Positions 7,990 to 15,754 of a stretch of DNA of 27,093 nt are shown one piece after another (positions within the stretch are counted from its first letter, which is position 1; each line of letters begins with the position of its first letter). This DNA is from an uncultured Anaerolineaceae bacterium (GTDB lineage: Bacteria > Chloroflexota > Dehalococcoidia > Tepidiformales > Tepidiformaceae). Under the pieces are notes generated by a model. It was not told where the DNA came from and made no database searches. It saw only the letters and a list, made by a program, of their open reading frames with translations. The stretch lies in assembly GCA_964557245.1 (NCBI GenBank), contig CAZKZR010000001.1, forward strand, positions 1 to 27,093, given 5' to 3'. The position numbers and the translations under genes are program-made.

Positions 7990-7990
7990 C

Positions 7991-8359
7991 CTACTTCTTC
8001 TTTTTCGTCTTCACCTTCGGTTCAGACCCGCCACCGGCGGTCTGTGCCGCGAGCAGCGCCGCCAGCGCATCGTCAATCCGGTCCATCCGCAGGAGGATTG
8101 TGTGCACCTGGTCCTGGAGGCGCTGGAACTCCACCAGCGGCACCGCCCCCACCGCCTCCACAATCGGCCCATACGCTTCGCGCGCGGCCTTCGCCATGGC
8201 GGCCCGCGCCGCCACATAGTTCTTCTCGATCTCGCCCGTCATCGCCTGGCCCTCGGGCGTGGCCGACGTAGCTTCGTACACCTGTCCCCACTGCTTCAGG
8301 AACTGGTCGCTCATCGATTTCCACTGGTTCATCAGGTCAGCAATGCCGGGCTGTGTCAT
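7991..8359 (-). CDS. Small helical protein, putative PhaE/PhaR-like PHA synthase partner or granule protein (122 aa)
   Basis: Amphipathic helices; C-terminal coiled coil VPLVEFQRLQDQVHTILLRMDRIDDAL resembles PhaE/PhaR C-termini; Lys-rich tail; close to phaC. Confidence 0.6.
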   Translation of the reverse strand: MTQPGIADLMNQWKSMSDQFLKQWGQVYEATSATPEGQAMTGEIEKNYVAARAAMAKAAREAYGPIVEAVGAVPLVEFQRLQDQVHTILLRMDRIDDALAALLAAQTAGGGSEPKVKTKKKK

Positions 8360-8365
8360 GGCCGG

Positions 8366-8371
8366 AGTATA
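8366..8371 (-). promoter_or_regulatory. -10 box TATACT, 6 nt before ATG 8359 (leaderless-type)
   Basis: The minus strand reads TATACT-ccggcc-ATG, with no SD. Confidence 0.6.
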
Positions 8372-8436
8372 GCGACGCCCATTGATCTCCGCCGCTGCCC
8401 GTGTACATTCCGCGCGATACCTCAAGGGGCTCCCAC

Positions 8437-9246
8437 ATGCCGTACGCGCAGGTCAACGATGTTTCGCTCTTCTACACCGACGAAGGCGAAGGTTCGCCCG
8501 TGCTGCTGGTGCACGGCTGGAGCTGCGACGGCTCGGACTGGGCCTGGCAAACGCCCGCCCTCAAGGCAGCCGGCTTCCGCTGCATCGTCCCGGACCTGCG
8601 CGGCCATGGCCGCTCATCCGTGGTGGAAGACGGCTACACGCCGCGCGGTTACGCCGCCGACCTCGCAGCGCTGCTCGGCCAGCTGAACACAGGCCCCGTG
8701 GTCGCCATTGGGCATTCCATGGGCGGCGCCACGGTCGTGGCACTCGCGGTCGAGCATCCGGAATGCGTGCGCGCCGTTGTCCCGGTCGATTCCGCGTACG
8801 GGTTCGCCGAAGAGATGCCCGGGCAGATGACCGGCATGGTCGAGGCCTTCAGGTCACCCGAGGGCCACGCCGCCGCCCTCCAGTTCGCGGGGGCCGCGTT
8901 CTACACGGCTTCGACGCCTGCCCATCTGCCCGCGCTGCACGCCCGCCGCATCGCCGCCTTCAACCAGGAGGTGATGTGGAAAGCCATGGCCGGCCTCGCC
9001 CTCGCGGAGGACCAGTTCGGCACGCGCACCCGGGCCGAAGCGTACCTGCCGCGGGTTGCCGCGCCCGCCCTGGCGTTCCGCGCCGGGAGCCAGGACCCCA
9101 CAGCCATGGCCGCCTGGGAGCGAGAGCAGTTCAAGCATCCGGCATCCAAGGCCGTCGGCTGGGAAGGGACAGGGCACTGGCTCCACCAGGAGCGCCCGGC
9201 CGAATTCAACGCCATCCTGCTTTCGTGGCTCGCCGGCCTGGGCTAG
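8437..9246 (+). CDS. Alpha/beta hydrolase
   Basis: Motifs LLVHGW, PDLRGHGRS, nucleophile elbow GHSMGG and GTGHWLHQERP; AAGGGG precedes ATG 8437. Confidence 0.92.
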   Translation: MPYAQVNDVSLFYTDEGEGSPVLLVHGWSCDGSDWAWQTPALKAAGFRCIVPDLRGHGRSSVVEDGYTPRGYAADLAALLGQLNTGPVVAIGHSMGGATVVALAVEHPECVRAVVPVDSAYGFAEEMPGQMTGMVEAFRSPEGHAAALQFAGAAFYTASTPAHLPALHARRIAAFNQEVMWKAMAGLALAEDQFGTRTRAEAYLPRVAAPALAFRAGSQDPTAMAAWEREQFKHPASKAVGWEGTGHWLHQERPAEFNAILLSWLAGLG

Positions 9247-9256
9247 CGCTTGCGGG

Positions 9257-11599
9257 CTACGGCACGATGACGCGGCCGCGGACCATGTCCCGGAGTGTCT
9301 CGCTCAACTGGTCATAGGCCACGATCAGCCGCTCATCGATGTCCGTGCCGCTTGTGTAGACGGCGAAGCCGATCTGCCCCGCCGGTTCGTATTCCATGAC
9401 GCCCGAGCGCCCGTAGTGGCCCCAGCGCTCGCCGTAGATACGCCCTTCTTCCCGCCAGCACGGGCAGAACGGATAGGTGCCCAACCCGGCGTACTGGAAC
9501 TCGGGACCGAGGAAGTCGGTCATCGCATCGCGCGTCGCTTCCGAGAGCAAACGGTCCGTTCCGTAGAGGGCGAGCGCCCAGGCCGCGATGTCGCCAACAG
9601 TGGAATAGATACCTGCTGACGACCAGAGCAGGCCGTGGTACTCGAACGCCGCGGTCGCCGGGCCAGTACTCGATGACGAGCGGAGAATGCCCGAACTGGA
9701 ACGCAGCGCGGCGTTGCTCTGGGGATGCGTCGAAGCCGCGGTCGGCGCGATCTCTTCGTCCATTTTGGTCCCGGTAAGTCCGAGCGGGTCCAGCAACCGT
9801 TCGTGGAGCGCGGTGGTATACGGCGTTCCTGTGACCTTCTCGATGACCAGCCCGAGCATGTAGTACCCCGGACTGGAGTAAAGAAACCCTGTACCCGGTT
9901 CGAAAGCCAGGGGAGTCCGCGACGCGGCCAGCAGCGCGTCGGCCGGCGCGATCCCGTCGGTCGCCATCAGCCCCGAACGATGTTGGATAAGCTCCCGGAC
10001 GGTGTAGTCCCCGTCGTGAGCGATCCATGGCACGTAGTTCGAAACTCGCGCGTCCAGGTCCACCTTGCCTTCTTCCACCAGCTGGAGAACGAGGGCGACC
10101 GTGAACGTCTTGGTGACGCTGGCCGTCGGGTAGACGTAATTCGACGGCAACGGCTGTCCGGTCTGGACGTTGTTTCCGGACGCTGCCTGCCACGTCGAAC
10201 CGTTCCCCATGGCGATGGCGACGGCGGTGCCATCGAGTCCGTTGCTCAAACGCCAGGCATCGAGCGCCGCCTGCAGTTCCCCGGCGCTGACCGTTGCGGG
10301 TTCGTTGGGCGCGGGCAAAACATCGGGCGAAGGCGGTTCCTCCAGGACCACCGCACTCGCCGCACGGAGCGCGATCCCGACTCCCGACGGCGGGACCGCC
10401 CGGTGCTCGGCTCGCAGGTCTCCCGTGGGCCGCAGTTCGCTCACAAGGAACGCCGCGAGCAGCGTGAAAACGCCCATCGCGGCCACGGCCGGCACCGCGA
10501 ACCGCCTCAGCACCGACTGGTCCGTAGAGATTCGCTGTGGGCCCGCCCGGGGAGTGATGTGAAGTTCCCGCCGCGCCGCGAAATCTTCTACCCATCCGAA
10601 CGCCAGCATGCAGACGAAGGTCACGGCCAGGACGATCGGGAAGGCCGCGACATCCCGCAGCCATGCGGGGTGCGGGTCGGCCCAGAGGAGTTCGTACATC
10701 ACGAAGAGGCCAGCCGCGTGCCACAGGTAGATCGTGAAGATGCGGTCGTTCACCCAGGCGACGAACCGCGCCGGACCGGGCTGCGTGGCGAGCCGGCGCA
10801 GCGGCGCTTCGAACGTCAGCGCGATGCCCAGCCAGGTAAGACCGACCAGCAAGTGGGCGGGATACGAAGCGTTGACCACCATCCCCGGCACGTCCTGGGT
10901 CGCAATCCAGGCGGTAGCCCCGATCGCGAAGACGAGCGTTCCGGCCGCCCGCACTCGCGTCCCGATCCTGCCAACCAGACCGGCGTTGTACGCGAAACCG
11001 AGCAACCAGAAGATCGAGAACGTCGCCGCATCTTCAAACTGCCACGGCACGGGGTGGCCGGCCCGGGCGCGCATTTCGAAGACAATCGCAAAGCCCAGGG
11101 GGATGCCGATCACGGCGACGGACAGGCGCCGGAACAGCCAGAGCAGCAGCGGGCTGAGGAGGATGAGCCAGGTCAGGCAGCGCAGGTACCAGAGCACCGC
11201 CCAGAAGGTGACTCCCCAGCCGGAACCCTGGGGATCCCAGATGGGGAAGATCCACCACGGCAGCTGGTCCCAGCGCATCGGCTGCCCCAGTTCCACCTTC
11301 ACCTGCGAGTGCAGCGCCATGCCCGGGACAACGACCAGGGCAAAGGCCCACAGCGGTATGAGCAGCCTTCGGAAGCGGGCTATCAACACGTGCCGCCAGG
11401 AGGCTCGTTCCAGGGAGTGGGCCATCAGCGAGCCGGCGACGAAGAACATCGCCGGCATGGAGGCGACCAGGTAAGAGAGCCACGCGAAGCCGAACGTGTG
11501 CCAGGCCAGCACCCGGATGATTGCGACCGCGCGAATCAGGTCCAGGAACTGGTTGTGCGGCTTGTTCTGTGCCGGACCTTCGGCCGTAGCGTGTTGCAT
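9257..11599 (-). CDS. Acyltransferase-3 (OafA-like, polytopic) fused to a beta-lactamase/class C-type serine hydrolase
   Basis: N-terminal FLDLIRAVAI..H, MPAMFFVAG, RFRRLLIP, LWYL and FTIYLWH with about 10 hydrophobic segments. C-terminal SxxK (ASVTK), LIQHRSG, FEPGTGFLYSS and GHYG. Confidence 0.88.
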   Translation of the reverse strand: MQHATAEGPAQNKPHNQFLDLIRAVAIIRVLAWHTFGFAWLSYLVASMPAMFFVAGSLMAHSLERASWRHVLIARFRRLLIPLWAFALVVVPGMALHSQVKVELGQPMRWDQLPWWIFPIWDPQGSGWGVTFWAVLWYLRCLTWLILLSPLLLWLFRRLSVAVIGIPLGFAIVFEMRARAGHPVPWQFEDAATFSIFWLLGFAYNAGLVGRIGTRVRAAGTLVFAIGATAWIATQDVPGMVVNASYPAHLLVGLTWLGIALTFEAPLRRLATQPGPARFVAWVNDRIFTIYLWHAAGLFVMYELLWADPHPAWLRDVAAFPIVLAVTFVCMLAFGWVEDFAARRELHITPRAGPQRISTDQSVLRRFAVPAVAAMGVFTLLAAFLVSELRPTGDLRAEHRAVPPSGVGIALRAASAVVLEEPPSPDVLPAPNEPATVSAGELQAALDAWRLSNGLDGTAVAIAMGNGSTWQAASGNNVQTGQPLPSNYVYPTASVTKTFTVALVLQLVEEGKVDLDARVSNYVPWIAHDGDYTVRELIQHRSGLMATDGIAPADALLAASRTPLAFEPGTGFLYSSPGYYMLGLVIEKVTGTPYTTALHERLLDPLGLTGTKMDEEIAPTAASTHPQSNAALRSSSGILRSSSSTGPATAAFEYHGLLWSSAGIYSTVGDIAAWALALYGTDRLLSEATRDAMTDFLGPEFQYAGLGTYPFCPCWREEGRIYGERWGHYGRSGVMEYEPAGQIGFAVYTSGTDIDERLIVAYDQLSETLRDMVRGRVIVP

Positions 11600-11758
11600 C
11601 GCGATCGAGCGTAGGGTTGCGGTAGCCCGAGGAATCAGGGTCGAACGTTCCCCACACCGAGCCCGAAAGGACCACGGCCGGGCACTTACCTCAGCCTTAC
11701 ACTGACCTTTGGATCATCAACGAATCGAGGTGGTGGCCTTATCCTCACGCGCTTTGGG

Positions 11759-12796
11759 TTGATCCTGGCCTCCGGGGCATGGCTGTTGCTTGCCCTGAGC
11801 TGTACCGGCCCGGCGCCGGCCGGGCAGAGTTCCGCGAGCATCGTGACCCTGGCCCAGGACCGCGTCCAGATGGACGCAGGTCTTGATTCGCCGGAGTTGC
11901 TGGGCTTTTCGCTTGCGCCGACCTGGTCGGCCGCTCCGCAGCAGCGACTTCGCGGCGGGCGGAGCGCATGCGCCACTGCCTACCCCTCGGGTTACACAGC
12001 GGGCAAGACGGCCCTGCGAACGCTGACGTCCGGCTCGCTCAAACGTACCTACCGCGTGCACATTCCCGCGCAAACGAAAAACGATCGGCCGCTCGCTGTT
12101 GTCCTGAACTTCCACGGGCGCAGCGGCACCGGCATCGATCAGGAGATCACGTCGGGTCTGCTTCCGGTCAGCGACCGCGAGGGCTTCATCCTCGTTTCGC
12201 CCGACGGGACTGGCACCCCCATGGGCTGGTCTGCCGGCGCCACGCCGGCCAACAGCACCGATGACGTCCGGTTCGTGTCGGACATCCTCGACACGCTCCA
12301 GCGTGAGCTCTGCGTGGACACGTCGCGGGTGTACGCGACCGGCTTCTCCAACGGGGCGTTCATGACCTCGCGGCTCGCCTGCGCGATGCCCGACCGCATC
12401 GCGGCAGTCGTCGCTGTCGGCGGTGTCGATTTCCCGGAGGGAAAGTGCCGCTCCACCGTGCCGGTGCTCGCCATCCATGGCACCGCCGATGAGGTCGTGC
12501 CGATCGATGGCGGGATTGTGCGCGAGTGGCACTACCAGGGCGCGAACGCTTCGATCGAAGACTGGGCCGCAAACAACGGCTGCCGTCCAGTTGCCTCTAC
12601 CGTGACGCTCGCTGCCGGCGTAACCGTCGATGCCTTCGCCGACTGCTCCGCTCCCACCGCGATCATCCGCATCGCGGGCGCCGGTCATCTCTGGCCAGGC
12701 GCCCCCGGCTACTCGGCGGGGACCCCCGGCGCAAACGTCGCCGGCGCGAACATCGTCTGGCGTTTCCTGTCGCAGGGCGTGGTCGGCGGCAATTAG
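11759..12796 (+). CDS. Secreted or lipoprotein esterase, PHB depolymerase / LpqC family (start uncertain)
   Basis: Motifs RTYRVHIP, VLNFHG, GFILVSPDG, DDVRFV, GFSNG (nucleophile), IHGTAD and GAGHLWPG; signal-like N-terminus ending LALSC. Confidence 0.88.
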   Translation: MILASGAWLLLALSCTGPAPAGQSSASIVTLAQDRVQMDAGLDSPELLGFSLAPTWSAAPQQRLRGGRSACATAYPSGYTAGKTALRTLTSGSLKRTYRVHIPAQTKNDRPLAVVLNFHGRSGTGIDQEITSGLLPVSDREGFILVSPDGTGTPMGWSAGATPANSTDDVRFVSDILDTLQRELCVDTSRVYATGFSNGAFMTSRLACAMPDRIAAVVAVGGVDFPEGKCRSTVPVLAIHGTADEVVPIDGGIVREWHYQGANASIEDWAANNGCRPVASTVTLAAGVTVDAFADCSAPTAIIRIAGAGHLWPGAPGYSAGTPGANVAGANIVWRFLSQGVVGGN

Positions 12797-13890
12797 GTTG
12801 CGCGGTCGAGCGGCAGCGTGAACGAGAGTGTGGCCCCTCCCGCGGCTTCGTTGCGCGCCGAAATCGTCCCGCCGTGCGCCTCCACGAGCCGCCGTGCGAT
12901 GGCCAGCCCAAGACCGCTTCCGGTCGAATCCGCCGCCTTCCGGTAGCGTTCGAAGATGTGCTCGAGTTCCTCGGCGGGGATGCCCGGTCCGGTGTCGGAA
13001 ACGGAGATCGTCGCTTGCCCGCTGTCCGATTCGAGCATGAGGCTGACCGTTCCACCCTCGGGCGAGTGGCGCAGCGCGTTCGAGACCAGGTTCTCCAGCA
13101 CCTGGCGAACGCGCCCGGCATCGGCGTCCGCGCTGACCGGCGTTCCCGTCACGGTGATGGTCTGCCGCTTCCGCACAGCCTGTGCCGCCGAGGCGGCGGC
13201 GACATCCTGGAGGAGGCTCAGCAGATCCGTCGTTTCGCGGTGCAGGTGCAGGACGCCGGCCTCCGCCGACGAGAGCGTCCCGAGGTCATCCACGAGCCGG
13301 GCGATAACGCTGACCTCTTCCAGCACGCCGCTGAGCCGTTCACGGTCGGCCGGGTACACGCCGTCCAGCATGCCTTCGACGTTGCCCCGTATGACGGCGA
13401 GGGGGTTCCGCACCTCGTGCGCGATATCGGCCACGAGGGCTCGCCGCTGCTCTTCCGCGCCCTGCAGCCGGCTCGCGGTCACGTTGAACGACTCGGCGAG
13501 TCCCCGCATCGGCGGCGGGCCATTGCTATCCACGCGTGCCGAGTAGTCGCCTGTTGCGAGTTGGGCCAGCCCCGCCGCGACGTTGTCCAGGGGCCCGGTA
13601 AATCTCCGGGCGATGCGCGTCACCCCGAAAATGAGGAACCCCAGGAAGGCCAGGAAGAACACCCCGCCGAACGGCGGCGAGGGGCGGCCGTCATCCCGCC
13701 GCCAACCGCCGCCGTCATGGTTCGAAAACAGGATGGCGGAAACAGCTGCAAAGAGGGCCACGATCACCAGCAACGCCAGCAAGCCGACCAGGATTCGGCG
13801 GCCGAAGCCACTCCGCGCGCGCCGGGGAGGCGGCCATGGCTCGCCCTCCGGCCACCAGGGCGGCCTCGTCCGTGGCGGCCGCCCGGTCAT
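12793..13890 (-). CDS. Sensor histidine kinase (2 TM, HAMP, HisKA, HATPase), BaeS-like
   Basis: Motifs ADIAHEVRNPL (H-box), NLVSNALRH, DTGPGI and GSGLGLAI; start overlaps the regulator stop. Confidence 0.95.
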   Translation of the reverse strand: MTGRPPRTRPPWWPEGEPWPPPRRARSGFGRRILVGLLALLVIVALFAAVSAILFSNHDGGGWRRDDGRPSPPFGGVFFLAFLGFLIFGVTRIARRFTGPLDNVAAGLAQLATGDYSARVDSNGPPPMRGLAESFNVTASRLQGAEEQRRALVADIAHEVRNPLAVIRGNVEGMLDGVYPADRERLSGVLEEVSVIARLVDDLGTLSSAEAGVLHLHRETTDLLSLLQDVAAASAAQAVRKRQTITVTGTPVSADADAGRVRQVLENLVSNALRHSPEGGTVSLMLESDSGQATISVSDTGPGIPAEELEHIFERYRKAADSTGSGLGLAIARRLVEAHGGTISARNEAAGGATLSFTLPLDRAT

Positions 13891-14579
13891 CGCCGCGACT
13901 CCGGCTGTTCGGCGAACCGGTAGCCCAGCCCGTACACCGTCTGGATGTACCGGGGATGCGCAGGGTCCGGTTCGATCTTCTTGCGGATGTTCTTGATGTG
14001 GGAGTCGATCGCCCGTTCGTAGGACTCGAAGGCGATGCCGTGCAGCAGGTCCAACAGCTGTCCGCGGGTGAAGACGCGTCCCGGCTGCCGCGCGAGTTGC
14101 GCCAGGAGCTGGATCTCCGAGGCCGTCAGGTCCGCCGCGCGACCACCAACGGTGACGCGCAAACGCGACACGTCTACTTCGACATCGCCCGCGCGAATGA
14201 CCTCTGCCGGGCCTGCGGCCAACTCTGCCCGCCGCAGCACCGCCCGCACCCGGGCGACCAGCTCGCGCGGGCTGAACGGCTTCACCACGTAGTCGTCGGT
14301 GCCCATTTCCAGCCCTGCTACCCGGTCCGACTCTTCGCCTCGGGCTGTGAGGATCACCACCGGGACGTTCGAAGTGCGCCGCAACTCCCGGATTACGTCC
14401 AGGCCGTCGCGCCTGGGCAACCCGAGGTCCAACACCACGAGGTCCGTCCCCTGGCGCGCTTCCCGCAGAGCCGAATCGCCGTCCGCGACGACCGACACTT
14501 CGAACCCGGCCGAAACCAGGTAATCCCGCACCAGCGCGCTGATCTTGGGCTCATCTTCCGCGACGAGGATGCGTGGCAT
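13887..14579 (-). CDS. OmpR-family response regulator
   Basis: Motifs RILVAEDE, VVLDLGLP, ILTAR, DDYVVKPFSPREL and wHTH RAIDSHIKNIRKK..TVYGLGY; AGGAG precedes ATG 14579. Confidence 0.95.
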   Translation of the reverse strand: MPRILVAEDEPKISALVRDYLVSAGFEVSVVADGDSALREARQGTDLVVLDLGLPRRDGLDVIRELRRTSNVPVVILTARGEESDRVAGLEMGTDDYVVKPFSPRELVARVRAVLRRAELAAGPAEVIRAGDVEVDVSRLRVTVGGRAADLTASEIQLLAQLARQPGRVFTRGQLLDLLHGIAFESYERAIDSHIKNIRKKIEPDPAHPRYIQTVYGLGYRFAEQPESRR

Positions 14580-14612
14580 GAGTCGGTCTCCTGCGGATAG
14601 TTCATCACGAAC

Positions 14613-14666
14613 GGCCGCCCCCGGCACGAGGGCACGGGAGCGGCCTACGGGCACTCGTAGTGCCCG
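14613..14666. repeat. Two adjacent intergenic palindromes, GTAG-type REP-like
   Basis: 14613-14622 GGCCGCCCCC and 14636-14645 GGGAGCGGCC pair at 9/10, preceded on the minus strand by GTA(G). 14648-14666 is CGGGCACT-cgt-AGTGCCCG (8/8). Confidence 0.6.
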
Positions 14667-14681
14667 GTGCTGGCGTCCGGT

Positions 14682-15044
14682 CTACTGGGCGGGGGTAGCG
14701 GGTGGCGGCGGCGTGTCGTTGTGATGGGCGTCGCGGTGCCAATCTTCGAACCTGCCGCGCGGGCCGCCCCACCCGTCGTGCCGGTTCCGTGTCACCAGCG
14801 CGACTGTCAGCACCACCCCGCCGATGACCAGCAACGGGAAGGCCGGGAAGAACGGGCGTCCTCGCCAGTGGCCGTCGCGCACCACGACGAGTGAGCCGCC
14901 GTTGCCGGCGGGAGTGCCGTCCTGGTTCACCAGCCGGTACTCCACGGTCCGTTCGTGGACGTCATCGTAGTGCCAGGCGATGGCGCTCCCGATTCCGACA
15001 ATGGCACCAATGGCCAACAGGACGATTGCGATTCTGAGCAGCAT
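14682..15044 (-). CDS. Small two-TM membrane protein, first gene of the two-component operon
   Basis: GAGGAGG SD; two hydrophobic segments; Pro-rich tail. Confidence 0.8.
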   Translation of the reverse strand: MLLRIAIVLLAIGAIVGIGSAIAWHYDDVHERTVEYRLVNQDGTPAGNGGSLVVVRDGHWRGRPFFPAFPLLVIGGVVLTVALVTRNRHDGWGGPRGRFEDWHRDAHHNDTPPPPATPAQ

Positions 15045-15128
15045 GGCCGCCTCCTCTACTGAATTTCGAGGACATCGTCGGGAGAAAATGTGGAGGGACT
15101 ATGTGCGAACCACGGAGGGAGTGTGCGT

Positions 15129-15617
15129 TCAGTCGCGGGCGTAGCCGCCATCGCGAAGGCGCCGCCAGACTTCGCCGCTCGCGGCGTAGCGCTCCATCAG
15201 GTACGGGTACACGGCGGGGACGTTGAACAGCTCTTCCATGCACAGCTGGGAGAGATAGCGGTCCAGCAGCGTCGGGTGCTCATCGGGGTCCACCATGTCC
15301 AGCATGAGCCCCTCCTCGAAGCCTCCTGCGGCGGCAGGCATCCCGGGGACCACGTTCGACGTGACCAGGCCCTTCGCTTCGAGTGATTCGATCGCCGCGC
15401 GCAGCCTCGCCCGGAACTCCGGGATGACGCGCATGTTGTCCGGCCCGAGGTAGGCCTCGCGGTCTTCGGTCTCCTGCAACGCAGCAGCCACCGCGCACAC
15501 GTGGTCCACGCGGAAGGCATCGCTTCCCGCCGACTTCGACGGCGGCAAGCCCACCGAAAGCACGCCCAGGACGGTTTTCTCCAGCAGATCGAGGTCTTGC
15601 GGTTGGTAGGCACTCAC
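15129..15617 (-). CDS. Hypothetical protein (about 162 aa), possible winged-helix-like fold
   Basis: Biased codon usage starts near GTG 15617, which is preceded by TG-C-TACCCT at 7 nt. Segments LLEKTVLGVL and LRAAIESLEAKGLV recall wHTH helices. Confidence 0.65.
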   Translation of the reverse strand: MSAYQPQDLDLLEKTVLGVLSVGLPPSKSAGSDAFRVDHVCAVAAALQETEDREAYLGPDNMRVIPEFRARLRAAIESLEAKGLVTSNVVPGMPAAAGGFEEGLMLDMVDPDEHPTLLDRYLSQLCMEELFNVPAVYPYLMERYAASGEVWRRLRDGGYARD

Positions 15618-15710
15618 AACGGACAGGGTAGCAAAGCGGTTGAAATCGCAAAGGAATGAGGACGGTTGCACCCCGAACCTGCGGGAGGCTTCTCGCGTTA
15701 GAATCCCACA

Positions 15711-15745
15711 CTCAGTCCTCAGTCCTTTCAACTTTCAACTCAGGA
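15711..15745 (+). repeat. Short tandem heptamer run in the epoxide hydrolase leader
   Basis: CTCAGTC CTCAGTC CTTTCAA CTTTCAA CTCAGGA. Confidence 0.6.
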
Positions 15746-15754
15746 GGCCGGGCA

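Noticed and set aside
9333-11614. 629-aa plus-strand ORF and 463-aa alternative-frame ORF
   Set aside because: Shadows of the AT3-hydrolase gene, which has the clear motifs.
11600-11700. Possible riboswitch or ncRNA in the divergent intergenic region
   Set aside because: Only short GC stems and no recognisable family consensus; an Infernal/Rfam scan would be needed.
11727-11762. Possible frameshift before the esterase (GTG 11733 gives MALSSRALG*, one G short of fusing in frame)
   Set aside because: GAGG is only 2 nt from that GTG, and TTG 11759 or ATC 11741 are equally plausible starts; unresolved without reads, so not called a pseudogene.
12526-13923. 465-aa plus-strand ORF
   Set aside because: Antisense to the histidine kinase.
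15070-15100. TTTTCTCC on the minus strand resembling half of an enterobacterial BaeR box
   Set aside because: Only one half matches, and transfer of the motif across phyla is unsupported.
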